DNA from: Acidimicrobiaceae bacterium
GTDB lineage: Bacteria; Actinomycetota; Acidimicrobiia; Acidimicrobiales; JAUTXP01
Length of the DNA: 64,000 nucleotides
Assembly: GCA_030837965.1 (NCBI GenBank)
Contig: JAUTXP010000053.1
Location: 16,893 to 80,892, forward strand
Direction of reading: 5' to 3'
The notes beneath the pieces are model-generated. The model did no database searches. It was given only the letters and a program-made list of their open reading frames with translations, and was not told where the DNA came from. Every line of letters starts with the position of its first letter. Position 1 is the stretch's first letter. Position numbers and translations under genes: made by a program. Below, piece by piece: positions 28,283 through 38,469 of the stretch.

Positions 28283-29125
28283 TTAAACGGCGCGTTCCCA
28301 ACCGGGGTTGACGGGGCCGATGCCGCCGCCCAGGGTCACGCCCGCGGCGATGGCGTGGTCGATGAACCGCTTGGCCGCCACACACGCGTCGGCGGGCTCC
28401 ATGCCCCGAGCCAACTCGGCCGCGATGGCGGCCGACAGGACGCAGCCCGTCCCATGCGTGTGCCTGCCCTCGATGCGGCGCGACTCAAGCCACACCGGGT
28501 CGCCCCCTGCGGCCAGCAACAGGTCGGGCGACTCGTCGCCGCCCAGGTGCCCGCCCTTCACCAGCACGACCTTGGCTCCGTGGCCGGACAAGGCCCGCGC
28601 CGCCTCCTCCATGGCAGGCCGCCCGTCGATCTCGAAGCCGACCAGGGCCGCGGCCTCGGGCAGGTTGGGCGTGACCACAGTGGCCAGCGGCAGAAGCTCG
28701 GCCCGCAGCGCGCCGACGGCGTCGTCGGCCAACAGCGTGTCGCCGTGCTTCGAGACGAACACCGGGTCGACCACCAGATTCGGCACGCCGAAGTCGCGCA
28801 CGGCTGCGGCCACGGCCGACACCAGCGTGGCCGAAGCCAGCATCCCCGTCTTGGCCGCGTCCACGCCGATGTCGGTGACGACCGAGTCGATCTGGCGACG
28901 CACCAATTCGGGCGACAGGGCGTCGAACCCCTGCACGCCCAACGTGTTCTGGGCCGTCACCGCAACCAGCGCGCACGTGCCCCATACGCCGTGGGCCTCG
29001 AACGTCTTGAGGTCGGCGACGACGCCTGCGCCGCCGCCGGAGTCCGACCCCGCGATGGTCAGGGCCACCGGCGGCCTGGGCGACGAAGCAGACCCCAAAG
29101 ACGTCGACCGGTCGGTCAGGCCCAC
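28283..29125 (-). CDS. thiD: Hydroxymethylpyrimidine/phosphomethylpyrimidine kinase
   Basis: [48 protein letters not shown]. Start GTG 29125 (alternative TTG 29098). Confidence 0.95.
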   Translation of the reverse strand: MGLTDRSTSLGSASSPRPPVALTIAGSDSGGGAGVVADLKTFEAHGVWGTCALVAVTAQNTLGVQGFDALSPELVRRQIDSVVTDIGVDAAKTGMLASATLVSAVAAAVRDFGVPNLVVDPVFVSKHGDTLLADDAVGALRAELLPLATVVTPNLPEAAALVGFEIDGRPAMEEAARALSGHGAKVVLVKGGHLGGDESPDLLLAAGGDPVWLESRRIEGRHTHGTGCVLSAAIAAELARGMEPADACVAAKRFIDHAIAAGVTLGGGIGPVNPGWERAV

Positions 29126-30027
29126 TGGTGCTGCCACCCGGCCGACGGCAGCTCGCCGTCGCCCAGGGTGCGCTCGGCCGGGTCGGCCGTGCACCGGCCG
29201 ATGGCGATGGGCTGGCGCAGCCCGGCCTCGGCGAACGACGCGCAGATGTGCCCGGCGTTGGTCGCGGTGAAGGCCAGCTCGTAGTCCTCCCCGCCGCCCA
29301 GGGCCTGGGCCAGCGACGCGCCCTCGGCGACGGGCACGTGGTCGAGGGCGAGCCCCACCCCCGACGCGTCGGCCAGGTGGCGCAGGTCGGCGGCCAAGCC
29401 GTCGGACACGTCGACCATGGCCGTGGCGCCCGCGGCCCGAGCGGCCCGGCCCTCTGCGACCCGTGCGATAGGGCGGCGATGGGCCGCAGCCAGGGCGGGC
29501 ACCAAGTGCCCCCGTCCCTCGCGCAACGCCTCCAAGCCCGCGGCCGACGAGCCCAGCGGGCCGGTGACGAAGATGGTGTCGCCCGGCAGCGCGCCGGATC
29601 GCAGCACCGGCGGCCTGCTGCCCGCATCACCGAGCACGGCGACGGACACGACCAGTTGCGCGCCCGACGACAGGTCGCCGCCGACCACCGGGCATCCGTA
29701 TGCGTCCACCGCCTCCGCGATGCCCTCGTACAGCAGCTCCAAGTCGATGTCGGGCGGCCCGGCCACCGACACCAGCGCGTGCGTCGGGTCGCCGCCCATG
29801 GCCGCGATGTCGCTCACGTTGACCGACATGGCCTTCCAGCCGAAGTCGTCCAAGCCCACGAAGCTCAGGTCGGCGTGCACGCCCGCCACCACCAGGTCCG
29901 AGGCCAGCAGCAGGCCGCCCAGCGGAGCCACCACCACGGCCGCGTCATCGCCTATCCACGTCTCGCCCGCGGGCGGGCTGGGGAGGAGCCTCCGCAGCCG
30001 CTCGATGGCCTCGAACTCGCCCGTCAT
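29116..30027 (-). CDS. thiL: Thiamine-monophosphate kinase
   Basis: [41 protein letters not shown]. Confidence 0.95.
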   Translation of the reverse strand: MTGEFEAIERLRRLLPSPPAGETWIGDDAAVVVAPLGGLLLASDLVVAGVHADLSFVGLDDFGWKAMSVNVSDIAAMGGDPTHALVSVAGPPDIDLELLYEGIAEAVDAYGCPVVGGDLSSGAQLVVSVAVLGDAGSRPPVLRSGALPGDTIFVTGPLGSSAAGLEALREGRGHLVPALAAAHRRPIARVAEGRAARAAGATAMVDVSDGLAADLRHLADASGVGLALDHVPVAEGASLAQALGGGEDYELAFTATNAGHICASFAEAGLRQPIAIGRCTADPAERTLGDGELPSAGWQHQWA

Positions 30028-30089
30028 CGAGGCCCTGCAATAACGTCCATCGCCGCGCAGCGTAGGCCGTCGGTGGAGGGAGCCCGTCC

Positions 30090-30329
30090 GTGCAAGGCGT
30101 CATCAAGTCGTACGACCCCGGCACCCGCCTCGGCGTGGTGGTCAGGGACACCGACAGAAGCGAGTACGACCTGGCCGCCGACGCCCTCGCCGGGTCCATC
30201 TTCCGCATGCTGCGGCAGGGCCAGCGGGTCGTCTTCGAGTTGGACGACCGGGGTCTGGCGACCCGCCTGCGGCTGGGCTCCGAGGTGGACATGGGCAGCC
30301 CGGACGACCCGCCCGAACAACGGGGCTGA
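30090..30329 (+). CDS. Cold-shock-domain-like small OB-fold protein (degenerate RNP motifs)
   Basis: MQGVIKSYD...[14 protein letters not shown] resembles the CSD skeleton G.VKWF...F..L.EGQ.V.FE. Confidence 0.6.
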   Translation: MQGVIKSYDPGTRLGVVVRDTDRSEYDLAADALAGSIFRMLRQGQRVVFELDDRGLATRLRLGSEVDMGSPDDPPEQRG

Positions 30330-30390
30330 CCGCCCGCGACCAGGCGGCGTGAATTGGTCGTCCACTGGCCCGCATTCCTACGATTGCGGG

Positions 30391-32193
30391 ATGGGTTCGT
30401 CCACTCCTCTCACGAATAACCGCAAGCTGCTGGCCTGGGTCGAGGAGGTGGCCGCACTCACGCAGCCGGACCGGGTCGTGTGGTGCGACGGGTCGGCTGA
30501 CGAGTACGACGAACTCTGCCAAGGGCTCGTCGACCAAGGAACGTTCACCCGACTCAGCGACGCCAAGCGGCCCAACTCGTACTGGGCTGCGTCGGACCCG
30601 GGCGACGTGGCCAGGGTCGAGGGCAGGACGTACATCTGCTCGGCCAAGGAGGACGACGCGGGCCCCACCAACAACTGGCGTGACCCGGCCGAGATGAAGC
30701 GCATCCTCACCGAGCTGTTCCGCGGCTCCATGCGCGGACGCACCATGTACGTGGTGCCCTTCTCCATGGGGCCGTTGGGCTCGCGCATCGCCCACATCGG
30801 CGTGCAGCTCACCGACTCGGCCTATGTCGCCGTCAACATGCGGATCATGACCCGCATGGGCAAAGGCGCGTTGGACGTCCTCGGCGACGACGGCGAGTTC
30901 GTGCCCTGTCTGCACTCGGTGGGCTTCCCGCTCACCGACGGCCGGGCCGACGTGCCCTGGCCGTGCGACGCCGAGAACAAGTACATCGTCCATTTCCCCG
31001 AGACCCGCGAGATCTGGTCGTACGGGTCCGGCTATGGCGGGAACGCGCTGTTGGGCAAGAAGTGCTTCGCGCTGCGCATCGCATCGGTCATGGCGCGCGA
31101 CGACGGCTGGCTGGCCGAGCACATGCTGATCCTCAAGCTCACCTCGCCCGACGGCGAGACCCGCTACGTCACCGGCGCCTTCCCCTCCGCGTGCGGCAAG
31201 ACCAACCTGGCCATGCTCATCCCCACCGTCCCGGGCTGGAAGGTGGAGACGGTGGGCGACGACATCTGCTGGATGAAGTTCGGCCCCGACGGCCGGCTGT
31301 ACGCCATCAACCCGGAGGCGGGCTTCTTCGGTGTGGCGCCCGGCACCAACCACAAGACCAACCCCAACGCCATGCTCACGCTGGACGGGAACTGCATCTT
31401 CACCAACACCGCGCTGACGGACGACGGCGACGTGTGGTGGGAGGGCATGACCGACGAGTCGCCCGCCCACCTCACCGACTGGAAGGGCCAGGACTGGACG
31501 CCCGCGTCGGGCACGCCCGCGGCCCATCCCAACGCCCGCTTCACGGCGCCGGCCGCGCAGGACCCGGCCATCGCCCCCGAGTGGGAGGACCCGGCCGGCG
31601 TCCCCATCGACGCCATCCTCTTCGGCGGCCGGCGCTCGACCACGGTTCCGCTGGTGAGCGAGGCCTACGACTGGCAGCACGGCGTCTTCCTCGGCTCGAT
31701 CATGGCGTCGGAGACGACGGCCGCGGCCGAAGGCCCGGTGCGGGTGCGCCGTGACCCCTTCGCCATGCTCCCGTTCTGCGGCTACAACATGGCCGACTAC
31801 TTCGCCCATTGGCTGTCGGTCGGCGGGTCTTCGTCACCCGACAAGCTGCCCAAGATCTTCTACGTCAACTGGTTCCGCAAGGACCCGAACGGCAAGTGGC
31901 TGTGGCCCGGCTACGGCGAGAACAGCCGGGTGCTGGAGTGGGTGTTCAACCGGGTGGCAGGCCGCGGCGGGGCCGACGAGACGCCGATCGGCTACGTGCC
32001 GAGCCCTGACGACTTGAACGTGGACGGGCTCGACGTGTCCGCTGAGGACTTGACCGAGCTGCTCAAGGTGGACGCCGAGGAGTGGCGGGGCGAGCTGCCC
32101 AGCATCGAGGAGCACTACGCCCAGTTCGGCGACCGCCTGCCGGGAGCGCTGCGCGACGAGTTGGCCAACCTGGAGAAGCGCCTCTCCTCCTGA
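30391..32193 (+). CDS. pckG: Phosphoenolpyruvate carboxykinase (GTP)
   Basis: [49 protein letters not shown] 30391 with TACGAT 6 nt upstream. Confidence 0.97.
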   Translation: MGSSTPLTNNRKLLAWVEEVAALTQPDRVVWCDGSADEYDELCQGLVDQGTFTRLSDAKRPNSYWAASDPGDVARVEGRTYICSAKEDDAGPTNNWRDPAEMKRILTELFRGSMRGRTMYVVPFSMGPLGSRIAHIGVQLTDSAYVAVNMRIMTRMGKGALDVLGDDGEFVPCLHSVGFPLTDGRADVPWPCDAENKYIVHFPETREIWSYGSGYGGNALLGKKCFALRIASVMARDDGWLAEHMLILKLTSPDGETRYVTGAFPSACGKTNLAMLIPTVPGWKVETVGDDICWMKFGPDGRLYAINPEAGFFGVAPGTNHKTNPNAMLTLDGNCIFTNTALTDDGDVWWEGMTDESPAHLTDWKGQDWTPASGTPAAHPNARFTAPAAQDPAIAPEWEDPAGVPIDAILFGGRRSTTVPLVSEAYDWQHGVFLGSIMASETTAAAEGPVRVRRDPFAMLPFCGYNMADYFAHWLSVGGSSSPDKLPKIFYVNWFRKDPNGKWLWPGYGENSRVLEWVFNRVAGRGGADETPIGYVPSPDDLNVDGLDVSAEDLTELLKVDAEEWRGELPSIEEHYAQFGDRLPGALRDELANLEKRLSS

Positions 32194-32204
32194 CCCCGTC
32201 TTTG

Positions 32205-32257
32205 CGCATTTGGGCGCAGTTCTGGTCGCTTGCTCGACACAACTGCGCCCAAATGCG
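32205..32257. repeat. REP-like palindrome, family C (one copy in window)
   Basis: CGCATTTGGGCGCAGTT (32205-32221) and AACTGCGCCCAAATGCG (32241-32257), a perfect 17-bp inverted repeat after the pckG stop. Confidence 0.7.
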
Positions 32258-32387
32258 TGGAGGCGGCGTGGTGGTGGTGGGGTGGTAGCCGGGCGTGCGG
32301 CGGGTGGTCGCAGGGGGGGCCTGCGCGGGCCGGCTACGATGCCGGATTCCGGTAGAGGCTCCGGCTGAGGCATGAGGAGGCTGGCAA

Positions 32388-32624
32388 GTGTCGGTTAGCG
32401 CGTACGTGCTCATCCAGACCGAGGTGGGCAAGGCGGCTCAAGTCGCCGAGGAGGTCGGTCTGATCGACGGCGTCGTGTCCGCCGAGGATGTGACCGGCCC
32501 CTACGACGTCATCGTCAGGGCCGAGGCCAACTCGGTGGACGAGCTGGGCCGCATGGTCGTCAGCAAGGTCCAGCTCATCGACGGCATCACCCGCACCCTC
32601 ACCTGCCCGGTGGTGCACCTCTAA
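32388..32624 (+). CDS. Lrp/AsnC ligand-binding (RAM) domain protein
   Basis: AYVLIQTEVGK...VTGPYDVIV...IDGITRTLTC, with GAGGAGG RBS. Confidence 0.9.
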   Translation: MSVSAYVLIQTEVGKAAQVAEEVGLIDGVVSAEDVTGPYDVIVRAEANSVDELGRMVVSKVQLIDGITRTLTCPVVHL

Positions 32625-32657
32625 CCAGAGCAAGAGCCAGAAGGCCGCTCACGCCGC

Positions 32658-33026
32658 TCACGCTTTGAGCATGGCCCGGATGCCGAGCCCCATCACGAAC
32701 AGCCCGCCTCCGCCGTACAGCAGGTACAGGCGGTGCCTGAGCTGCTGTCGGTACGAGTAGACGATGCCCACGGCGATGATGGCCACGAAGCCGTAGAACA
32801 TGTGGAACTGCGGGGCCTTGGCCTTCTCCCCCGCCACCAGCCCGACGCCCAAGCCGACCTGCACGAACACGGCGAACTCGACGATGCCGGTGAACCACCA
32901 CAACGCGCGCGTCCGCAGCACCGGGTAGCGGTGGGCGGCCAGGGCCCACAGCCCGGCCAGGCCGTTGCCGATGACCACGACCCATGCCCACGTGGCGTGG
33001 ACGTCCAGCAGCGTGGTGGCGGGCAC
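32658..33026 (-). CDS. Small integral membrane hypothetical protein (4 TM)
   Basis: Four hydrophobic segments and an FHMFYGF motif. Confidence 0.72.
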   Translation of the reverse strand: MPATTLLDVHATWAWVVVIGNGLAGLWALAAHRYPVLRTRALWWFTGIVEFAVFVQVGLGVGLVAGEKAKAPQFHMFYGFVAIIAVGIVYSYRQQLRHRLYLLYGGGGLFVMGLGIRAMLKA

Positions 33027-33035
33027 GAGGCCGCA

Positions 33036-33081
33036 GTCTTGTCGCGCTCAGTCCCAAATACGGCAATCAGCGCGACAAGAC
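33036..33081. repeat. REP-like palindrome, family D, copy 1
   Basis: GTCTTGTCGCGCT / AGCGCGACAAGAC arms. A related copy lies at 41129 in the opposite orientation. Confidence 0.72.
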
Positions 33082-33084
33082 GGG

Positions 33085-33900
33085 TTAGACGTTGGCGGCC
33101 GCGTAGGCGGCCTCGGCGTCGCGCTTGGCCTCGGCCGCGATGTCGACCAGCTCGGTGATCTCGTCGTCGGTGAACCCGGCCATGCCCCGGAACTTGCGGG
33201 CCAGGTGGATCGGGTTGTCCTCGTCCTCGCCCCGGAACCCGCCGAAGCTGAACAACTTGTCGACCGTGCGCTGGAACTCGAGGGCCTGGGCCTGGCGCTC
33301 CTTGTCGGTGGCCGTCAGCTTGCGCAGCCAGTCCGACCCCATCTTCACGTGGGTGACCTCGTCGGCCAGCATCCAGTCCTCGCAGAAGAACAGCACCGGG
33401 TCCGACGTCTCCGAGCCGAAGTCCCGCATGGTGTTGAACACGTCGATGGCCAGCCCCTCGAGAGCCCGGTTGACGCCGGTCAGCCGCAGCACGGGATCGG
33501 CGTTGCAGGCCGCCTCGAACAGCAGCGTCTGCTCGGCGAACTGGCCGATCTCGGTACCCATGTGCTCGGTCAGCTTCACGCTGATCTCGACGTGCCTGGC
33601 CTCGTCCCAGCACTGACGGGCCATGTCGAGCTTGAGCTCGAAGGGCACGTCCTCGCGCTCCTTGCCGACCTCGAAGTCGTAACACGTCCGGCCCGCCCCT
33701 TCGAGGGCCTGGATCTCGCCCACGAAGATGCTGTGCATCAACTGACGGGCCGCGTCGGGCGACTCGGGGTCGGCGGCCCGAAAGGCGTTCTCCCGCTTGC
33801 CCACGTTGGCGTTGCGGGGGTCGAAGATGGCGTCTTCGATGCGGATCCGGGTGAACCGGTCGTCCCTCGCCAGGTCCTCAACGGTCAGCATGCGCTTCAT
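33085..33900 (-). CDS. Ferritin-like di-iron protein (DUF455-like)
   Basis: GEIQALE, DEARH, LEGLAID and ADEVTHV give two ExxH carboxylate-His motifs. Start MKRMLT at 33900. Confidence 0.8.
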   Translation of the reverse strand: MKRMLTVEDLARDDRFTRIRIEDAIFDPRNANVGKRENAFRAADPESPDAARQLMHSIFVGEIQALEGAGRTCYDFEVGKEREDVPFELKLDMARQCWDEARHVEISVKLTEHMGTEIGQFAEQTLLFEAACNADPVLRLTGVNRALEGLAIDVFNTMRDFGSETSDPVLFFCEDWMLADEVTHVKMGSDWLRKLTATDKERQAQALEFQRTVDKLFSFGGFRGEDEDNPIHLARKFRGMAGFTDDEITELVDIAAEAKRDAEAAYAAANV

Positions 33901-33976
33901 CGGCTGGTTCCCCCATACGAATGACGGCGGTGCGAAAGACGGCGGTGCCAAAGATGACGGGCGCGTCAGGGAAAGT

Positions 33977-35104
33977 CTACCCCCGCCTCCGCAGCCTGCC
34001 CACCCCCACGCCGACGCCCACGCCGACCACCAGCCCGACGCCGATGACGACCGGCCACGGCATCGAGCCGCCCCGGCCGGACTGGCCGGGCAGTTGCGAC
34101 TCCTGCCAGCGCGTCTCCCCCACGATCTCGACCCGCTTGTCCCCCACCTGCACCGGCAGCCGCCACGTCTTCTTCAGCCCCTTGCGGCCCTGGCCGTCGG
34201 GCGTGAAGAACTGGGCCCGCCGGTCGAGCCACAGCACCTGGTCCGAGGACTGGGCCACCCACCGCGCCGGCTCCCTCGACCCCACCGGCCCGGTGGGCTG
34301 ATGGCCGCCCTTGGCCTCGGCCGTGAAGGTCCACGTGGGGCTGGCCTCGTTGACCTCGACCTTGCCGCCCGCAAACCGGGCCATGGGCTCGTCGGCCTCG
34401 CCCAGCACGACGACGGTGGGCCCGTCGGCGGGCACGCCGAACACGGACAGCAGCGGGATCTGGCTGCTGAAGGCCATGGCCTTCAGCCCGTCGGGGACCC
34501 TGGTGATCTTGGCCTCCCAGTCGCCGCTCGGGAACTGGTACTCCCGGTGGCCCTTCACCGTCACGGCCTGGTCGCCGTAGCGCATGGGCACGGTCCACGA
34601 CTCGAGCCGCACCGGCTTGCGGTTCTTGACCGCGGGCGGGGTCGCCATCACGCCCCTGTGCAGCCGGTGGTCGAACCAGCCCCACGCGGGCTCGGATGTC
34701 ATCCGCCCGAACACGGGCTCGGCCGCAGGGTCGGCGTCCTTGGGCGGGATGGCCGCGCCCGTCGGGTCGTTGGACTTGTACCAGGTCGGCGACTTCAGGT
34801 TGGCGAAGGCGCCCTGCGGGCCGATGCGCAAGAAGGGCTCGCCCTGCTCGCCCAGCACGATCAGGTCGGTCGACGTGGCGTTCTGCACCACGAGCTGGTC
34901 GGCCACGGAGATGCGGGCCTCGATCACCACGCCCTTGGGGAGGCGAGGCGTGATCGAGTCGATGACGGCCCGCACGCCCGGCACCTCCTCATGGGCCTGC
35001 GCCGCAGGCCATGTCTGCCAGCCGCCAAGCCCGAGCCCGGACGCGACAGTCGCCGCCACCCCGAGCAGGGCAGCGGCGACCAGTCGTACGGCGGTGGGTC
35101 TCAC
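33977..35104 (-). CDS. Secreted, C-terminally anchored hypothetical protein with a duplicated domain
   Basis: Signal peptide ending AQA-H; two similar repeats (VLGEQGEPFLR...SPTW / VLGEADEPMAR...SPTW); C-terminal TM plus RLRRRG. Confidence 0.75.
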   Translation of the reverse strand: MRPTAVRLVAAALLGVAATVASGLGLGGWQTWPAAQAHEEVPGVRAVIDSITPRLPKGVVIEARISVADQLVVQNATSTDLIVLGEQGEPFLRIGPQGAFANLKSPTWYKSNDPTGAAIPPKDADPAAEPVFGRMTSEPAWGWFDHRLHRGVMATPPAVKNRKPVRLESWTVPMRYGDQAVTVKGHREYQFPSGDWEAKITRVPDGLKAMAFSSQIPLLSVFGVPADGPTVVVLGEADEPMARFAGGKVEVNEASPTWTFTAEAKGGHQPTGPVGSREPARWVAQSSDQVLWLDRRAQFFTPDGQGRKGLKKTWRLPVQVGDKRVEIVGETRWQESQLPGQSGRGGSMPWPVVIGVGLVVGVGVGVGVGRLRRRG

Positions 35105-37437
35105 TCTTCGATTCTGACCGCTGTCCTGCGCCTTCGGGTGCCGGCCAGGGCCATGACCGCCATGAGGGCGGCCGCCCCGACCGCGACCAGCGCCGAGCGC
35201 CGAGGCCGGTCCGATGCCCGGTCAGCGGCCACCGTCTTGGCCGAGAGGGGCGTGCCCGCGGGCGACGCCTTGGCCACGGCCTTGGTCACGGGCTGGGCCG
35301 TGGCCGCCACGGGCAGGCCGCCCAGGACGGACGGGGCCGCAGTCGAGCCGCCCGTTGCCGCCACCGGGGGAACGGCCATGGCCGCGGCCTTCGGGTAGGT
35401 CGGGGCGTTGCGGGTCCACGCCGGGGCGCTGACGCCCACGAAGACCTGCTTGGCCACCGAGGGCACCATGCCCTTGTCCGTGCCCTTGTTGAGGAAGAGC
35501 ATGTACGCACCCGAGGGCAGAACCGCCTTGTTCGAGGTCACCGAGACCTGCAGGGCGTCGCCCGTGCGGCTGGTGATGGGCAGCTCGACCACGCGCTGGT
35601 CGGCGTCGATGAGGTGCGTCTCGGCCGGGTTCTTGACCAGGACGACGCTCTCGACGGAGCCGGGGTCGGTGGTCGGGATGACCAGGTTCTGGCCGTAGTT
35701 GATGCGGGCCGACATGTTGCCGATGACCGGCCTGCTCACGCCCCAGTGCAGGTACGGCGGCTCGTACAACTCGAAGCTGGCGTCCTTGAAGTTGTTGGAG
35801 GACGTGCGCACTCCGTTGTCGGGATCGTTCATCACGTTGTAGTAGGTGTTCGGGATCGGGGCATGGCCGCCGATCAGCACCCGGCCGTCGGGCAGGAGCA
35901 CGGCGTTGTTGTGGTACGTCCGGCGACGGTTGGCCACGGCCACGTCGCTCCACGTGCCGCCCACATAGCTGCCGTCGTCGTCCCTGACGGGCGTGAACAG
36001 CTCGGCCTGGCGGATGGGGCTCTCATGACCGGGCGACACGACCTCGTCCACGTCGGCCCCGCTGAACGCCAGCACCTGGCCGGTGGGCAGGGTCACACCG
36101 CTGGAGTACCAACGACGGCGGCCCAAGGGGCCGGCGGGCATCGACACCAGCGTGTCCTTGTTGCCGTCCGTCGTCACCGTGTCGATGCGGCTCGAGTCGG
36201 TGGGGATGTAGCTCCCCGGCGACATGAGGGTCACACCGCCGGCGGTGAGGTAGGCGGCCTTGTTGTACTGGCCGTTCTCACCCGGGTGGAAGGGCAGGGC
36301 CTGCGAGAAGGTCGAGCCACGGAAGCCGGGCTCTGAGATGTTGCGCTCGCCGTTGGTGGGGTGGTCGAGGCCGGGCACGCCCAGGTCGGTCCACGTCTTG
36401 GTGGCCGGGTCGTAGCTGGCCGCGATGTTCCAGAGCGCCTGCTTGTAGGACTGGCCCATCGGGTTGAAGGCCTGGCCCGCGGCGTCGTAGTAGACGTGGC
36501 CGTTGGGCAGCAGGTGCAGACGAGGGAACAGCGGAAGCGAGCGCTGGGCCGACGTGCCGTTGTCCGTCCACGTGCCTGCCTGGACGTTGTAGGTCTCCGT
36601 CTCGGGCACGTTGTCGCCGCTGCGCTGCGGGTCCTTGTTCGGGTAGATGGGCTTGATCAGCTTGGTGACGCCGCTGGCGATGAAGATGTTGCCGTCGGCC
36701 AGGGTCACCATCGACGGGTACCAGCGGCCGTAGTTCAGCGAGCCGGTGGGCTTCCACGCGTTGGCGGCGGGGTCGAAGATGCGGGCGTTGCGCACGCCCT
36801 CAAGCTCGATGACACCGTGCGACTCGTCGATGCGGGGCTCGGCGTAGTAGTTGGTGCCGCCCGCGGCCAGGATGCTGCCGTCGGCCAACTGCTTCTGGTC
36901 CGAGCAGAACAGGCTGCCGTCGCTGTTGTTGTCCGGGTTCGGGTTGGCGTTGGTGGTGTTGGGGATCAGCGGGGGCTCGCCCGGTGCGGGGAAGTAGCCG
37001 TCGGCGTGGGCCGGGGTCAGCCACGAGCTGCTGAGCGGATCGGCCCAGTTGATGGAGAGCACCCGGCTGCGGTCGTTGCGCGCCAGGTCGCCGCCCGAGG
37101 GGACGACGGCCTCGTCCGGGCTGTCCAGGTCCTCGGAACCCTCGATGGCGTTCCAGTACAGGACCCTGCCGTCGGCCAGGACGTTCTCCGACGCGCCTGC
37201 GGGCAGGCAGTCGTGGTGGCCCTTGTCGTCGGCGGGCAGACAGCCGGTGTCGCCCCGAGGCGTGCCCGTGAAGGTGTTGTCGGCCGCGTTGTACGTGGCC
37301 CTGTCCTCACGGAACGGCGTGGTGAAACGTCCGATGGTCGCGGCCGAGTCGCCTTCTGCATGTGCTGCGGGCACGACGGCTGGAGCCAGCCCCATGCCCG
37401 CGGCGAGGACGACAGCAACAAGGTTGCGCTTGCGCAC
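35101..37437 (-). CDS. Copper radical oxidase (galactose oxidase/GlxA-like, AA5) with C-terminal membrane anchor
   Basis: Signal peptide, kelch repeats, LFCS (Cys), RWYP (Tyr), RTYHNNAVLLPDGRV (Tyr-His), ETHLIDADQR (His), Ig-like domain, TM plus RRRR. Confidence 0.88.
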   Translation of the reverse strand: MRKRNLVAVVLAAGMGLAPAVVPAAHAEGDSAATIGRFTTPFREDRATYNAADNTFTGTPRGDTGCLPADDKGHHDCLPAGASENVLADGRVLYWNAIEGSEDLDSPDEAVVPSGGDLARNDRSRVLSINWADPLSSSWLTPAHADGYFPAPGEPPLIPNTTNANPNPDNNSDGSLFCSDQKQLADGSILAAGGTNYYAEPRIDESHGVIELEGVRNARIFDPAANAWKPTGSLNYGRWYPSMVTLADGNIFIASGVTKLIKPIYPNKDPQRSGDNVPETETYNVQAGTWTDNGTSAQRSLPLFPRLHLLPNGHVYYDAAGQAFNPMGQSYKQALWNIAASYDPATKTWTDLGVPGLDHPTNGERNISEPGFRGSTFSQALPFHPGENGQYNKAAYLTAGGVTLMSPGSYIPTDSSRIDTVTTDGNKDTLVSMPAGPLGRRRWYSSGVTLPTGQVLAFSGADVDEVVSPGHESPIRQAELFTPVRDDDGSYVGGTWSDVAVANRRRTYHNNAVLLPDGRVLIGGHAPIPNTYYNVMNDPDNGVRTSSNNFKDASFELYEPPYLHWGVSRPVIGNMSARINYGQNLVIPTTDPGSVESVVLVKNPAETHLIDADQRVVELPITSRTGDALQVSVTSNKAVLPSGAYMLFLNKGTDKGMVPSVAKQVFVGVSAPAWTRNAPTYPKAAAMAVPPVAATGGSTAAPSVLGGLPVAATAQPVTKAVAKASPAGTPLSAKTVAADRASDRPRRSALVAVGAAALMAVMALAGTRRRRTAVRIEE

Positions 37438-37530
37438 GCGGTTTCCCCCCAACTTCCCAGACGGAACGGTCAGGGGAAGATTTCGCCATGGCCGTGCATG
37501 ATCCTGCCCGCCATCGTTCGCCGGGCTGCC

Positions 37531-37824
37531 TTACCTGTCGACGGTGTGAACCATCCAGGTCTCCACTTTGTCGAGGTATTGGACCGGGTCGACCATGGCC
37601 GCCCGTTCGGGGCTGGCGTAATAGGCCCGCTCGGCCGACTCGAAGTCGCCGTCGCCCTCGTAGGCGATCAGCCAGCCGAATTCGGCCTCGTCATCGCTCT
37701 GCCAGGCGGCCAGGACCCGAAAGCCGAACTGGCCCCGAACGGGGGCGGCGCCGTTGCGCCACGCGGCGAGGAAGGCCGCCATCTGGCCGGGCTTGACCTG
37801 ATAGCGACGGAGCTGGGCCAGCAC
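37531..37824 (-). CDS. NIPSNAP family protein
   Basis: QLRRYQVKPGQM...FGFRV..AW...FGWL...YYASPER. Confidence 0.78.
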   Translation of the reverse strand: MLAQLRRYQVKPGQMAAFLAAWRNGAAPVRGQFGFRVLAAWQSDDEAEFGWLIAYEGDGDFESAERAYYASPERAAMVDPVQYLDKVETWMVHTVDR

Positions 37825-37827
37825 TGG

Positions 37828-38403
37828 TCAGGCCGGGTCGAGGATCGGGTCGCCCACCAGGCGGGTCTGCGGCGTCCAGGCCAGTTGGCCCTGGGCCATC
37901 AGCTCGCGCACGGCCGGAACAGGGTCGGGGTCGGAGAAGACCCGCCTGTCCTCGTAGTCCGCGGGACGTCCGGTGACGTCGACCACCCACCACGAGGCCT
38001 CCAAGGCGATGCCGTTGGGGTCGGTGAAGTAGACGCTGTGCATGATGTCGTGGTCGACCACCTCGGTGATCTCCACGCCCGCGGCGAGCAGCCTGGCCCG
38101 CAGGTCGACGAGCGACTGCTCGTCGGGGAGGTTGAACGACAGGTGGTCGAGTTGGAGGGGCTCGGGCACGGGCACGCCCGCGGGCTTGGAGAAGGTGCCC
38201 GCCCCAAGCCATTCGAAGAAGGCGACCGTGTTCTGCGGGCCCATCTCGAAGAAGTAGTGGCGCATGGGCCCCGCCTTCAAGGTGGCGGCCAACCGCATCC
38301 CCAACACCCCGTGGTAGAAGCGCACGGTCGCGTCCATGTCCGGGGTGACGAGGGCGAGGTGGTTGATGCCTCGCCAGCGGGGTGCTTCCACAGGTCGTGC
38401 CAT
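37828..38403 (-). CDS. VOC/glyoxalase family protein
   Basis: GINHLALVTPDMDATVRFY, LDHLSF, SVYFTDPNGIALE. Start MARPVE at 38403. Confidence 0.9.
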   Translation of the reverse strand: MARPVEAPRWRGINHLALVTPDMDATVRFYHGVLGMRLAATLKAGPMRHYFFEMGPQNTVAFFEWLGAGTFSKPAGVPVPEPLQLDHLSFNLPDEQSLVDLRARLLAAGVEITEVVDHDIMHSVYFTDPNGIALEASWWVVDVTGRPADYEDRRVFSDPDPVPAVRELMAQGQLAWTPQTRLVGDPILDPA

Positions 38404-38469
38404 AGGGCGAGGGTACGCCCTTGCGCGCCCGTACGGTTCGCCGGGGCGAACCGGTACCCTCTTGCCCCG

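Larger units (their letters stand above)
27550..28310. mobile_element. hicAB mini-island flanked by 24-bp direct repeats at the thiD 3' end
   Basis: ACGGCGCGTTCCCAACCGGGGTTG at 27550-27573 and 28287-28310. The interior is visibly more AT-rich and carries only hicA-hicB. No integrase. Confidence 0.78.
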
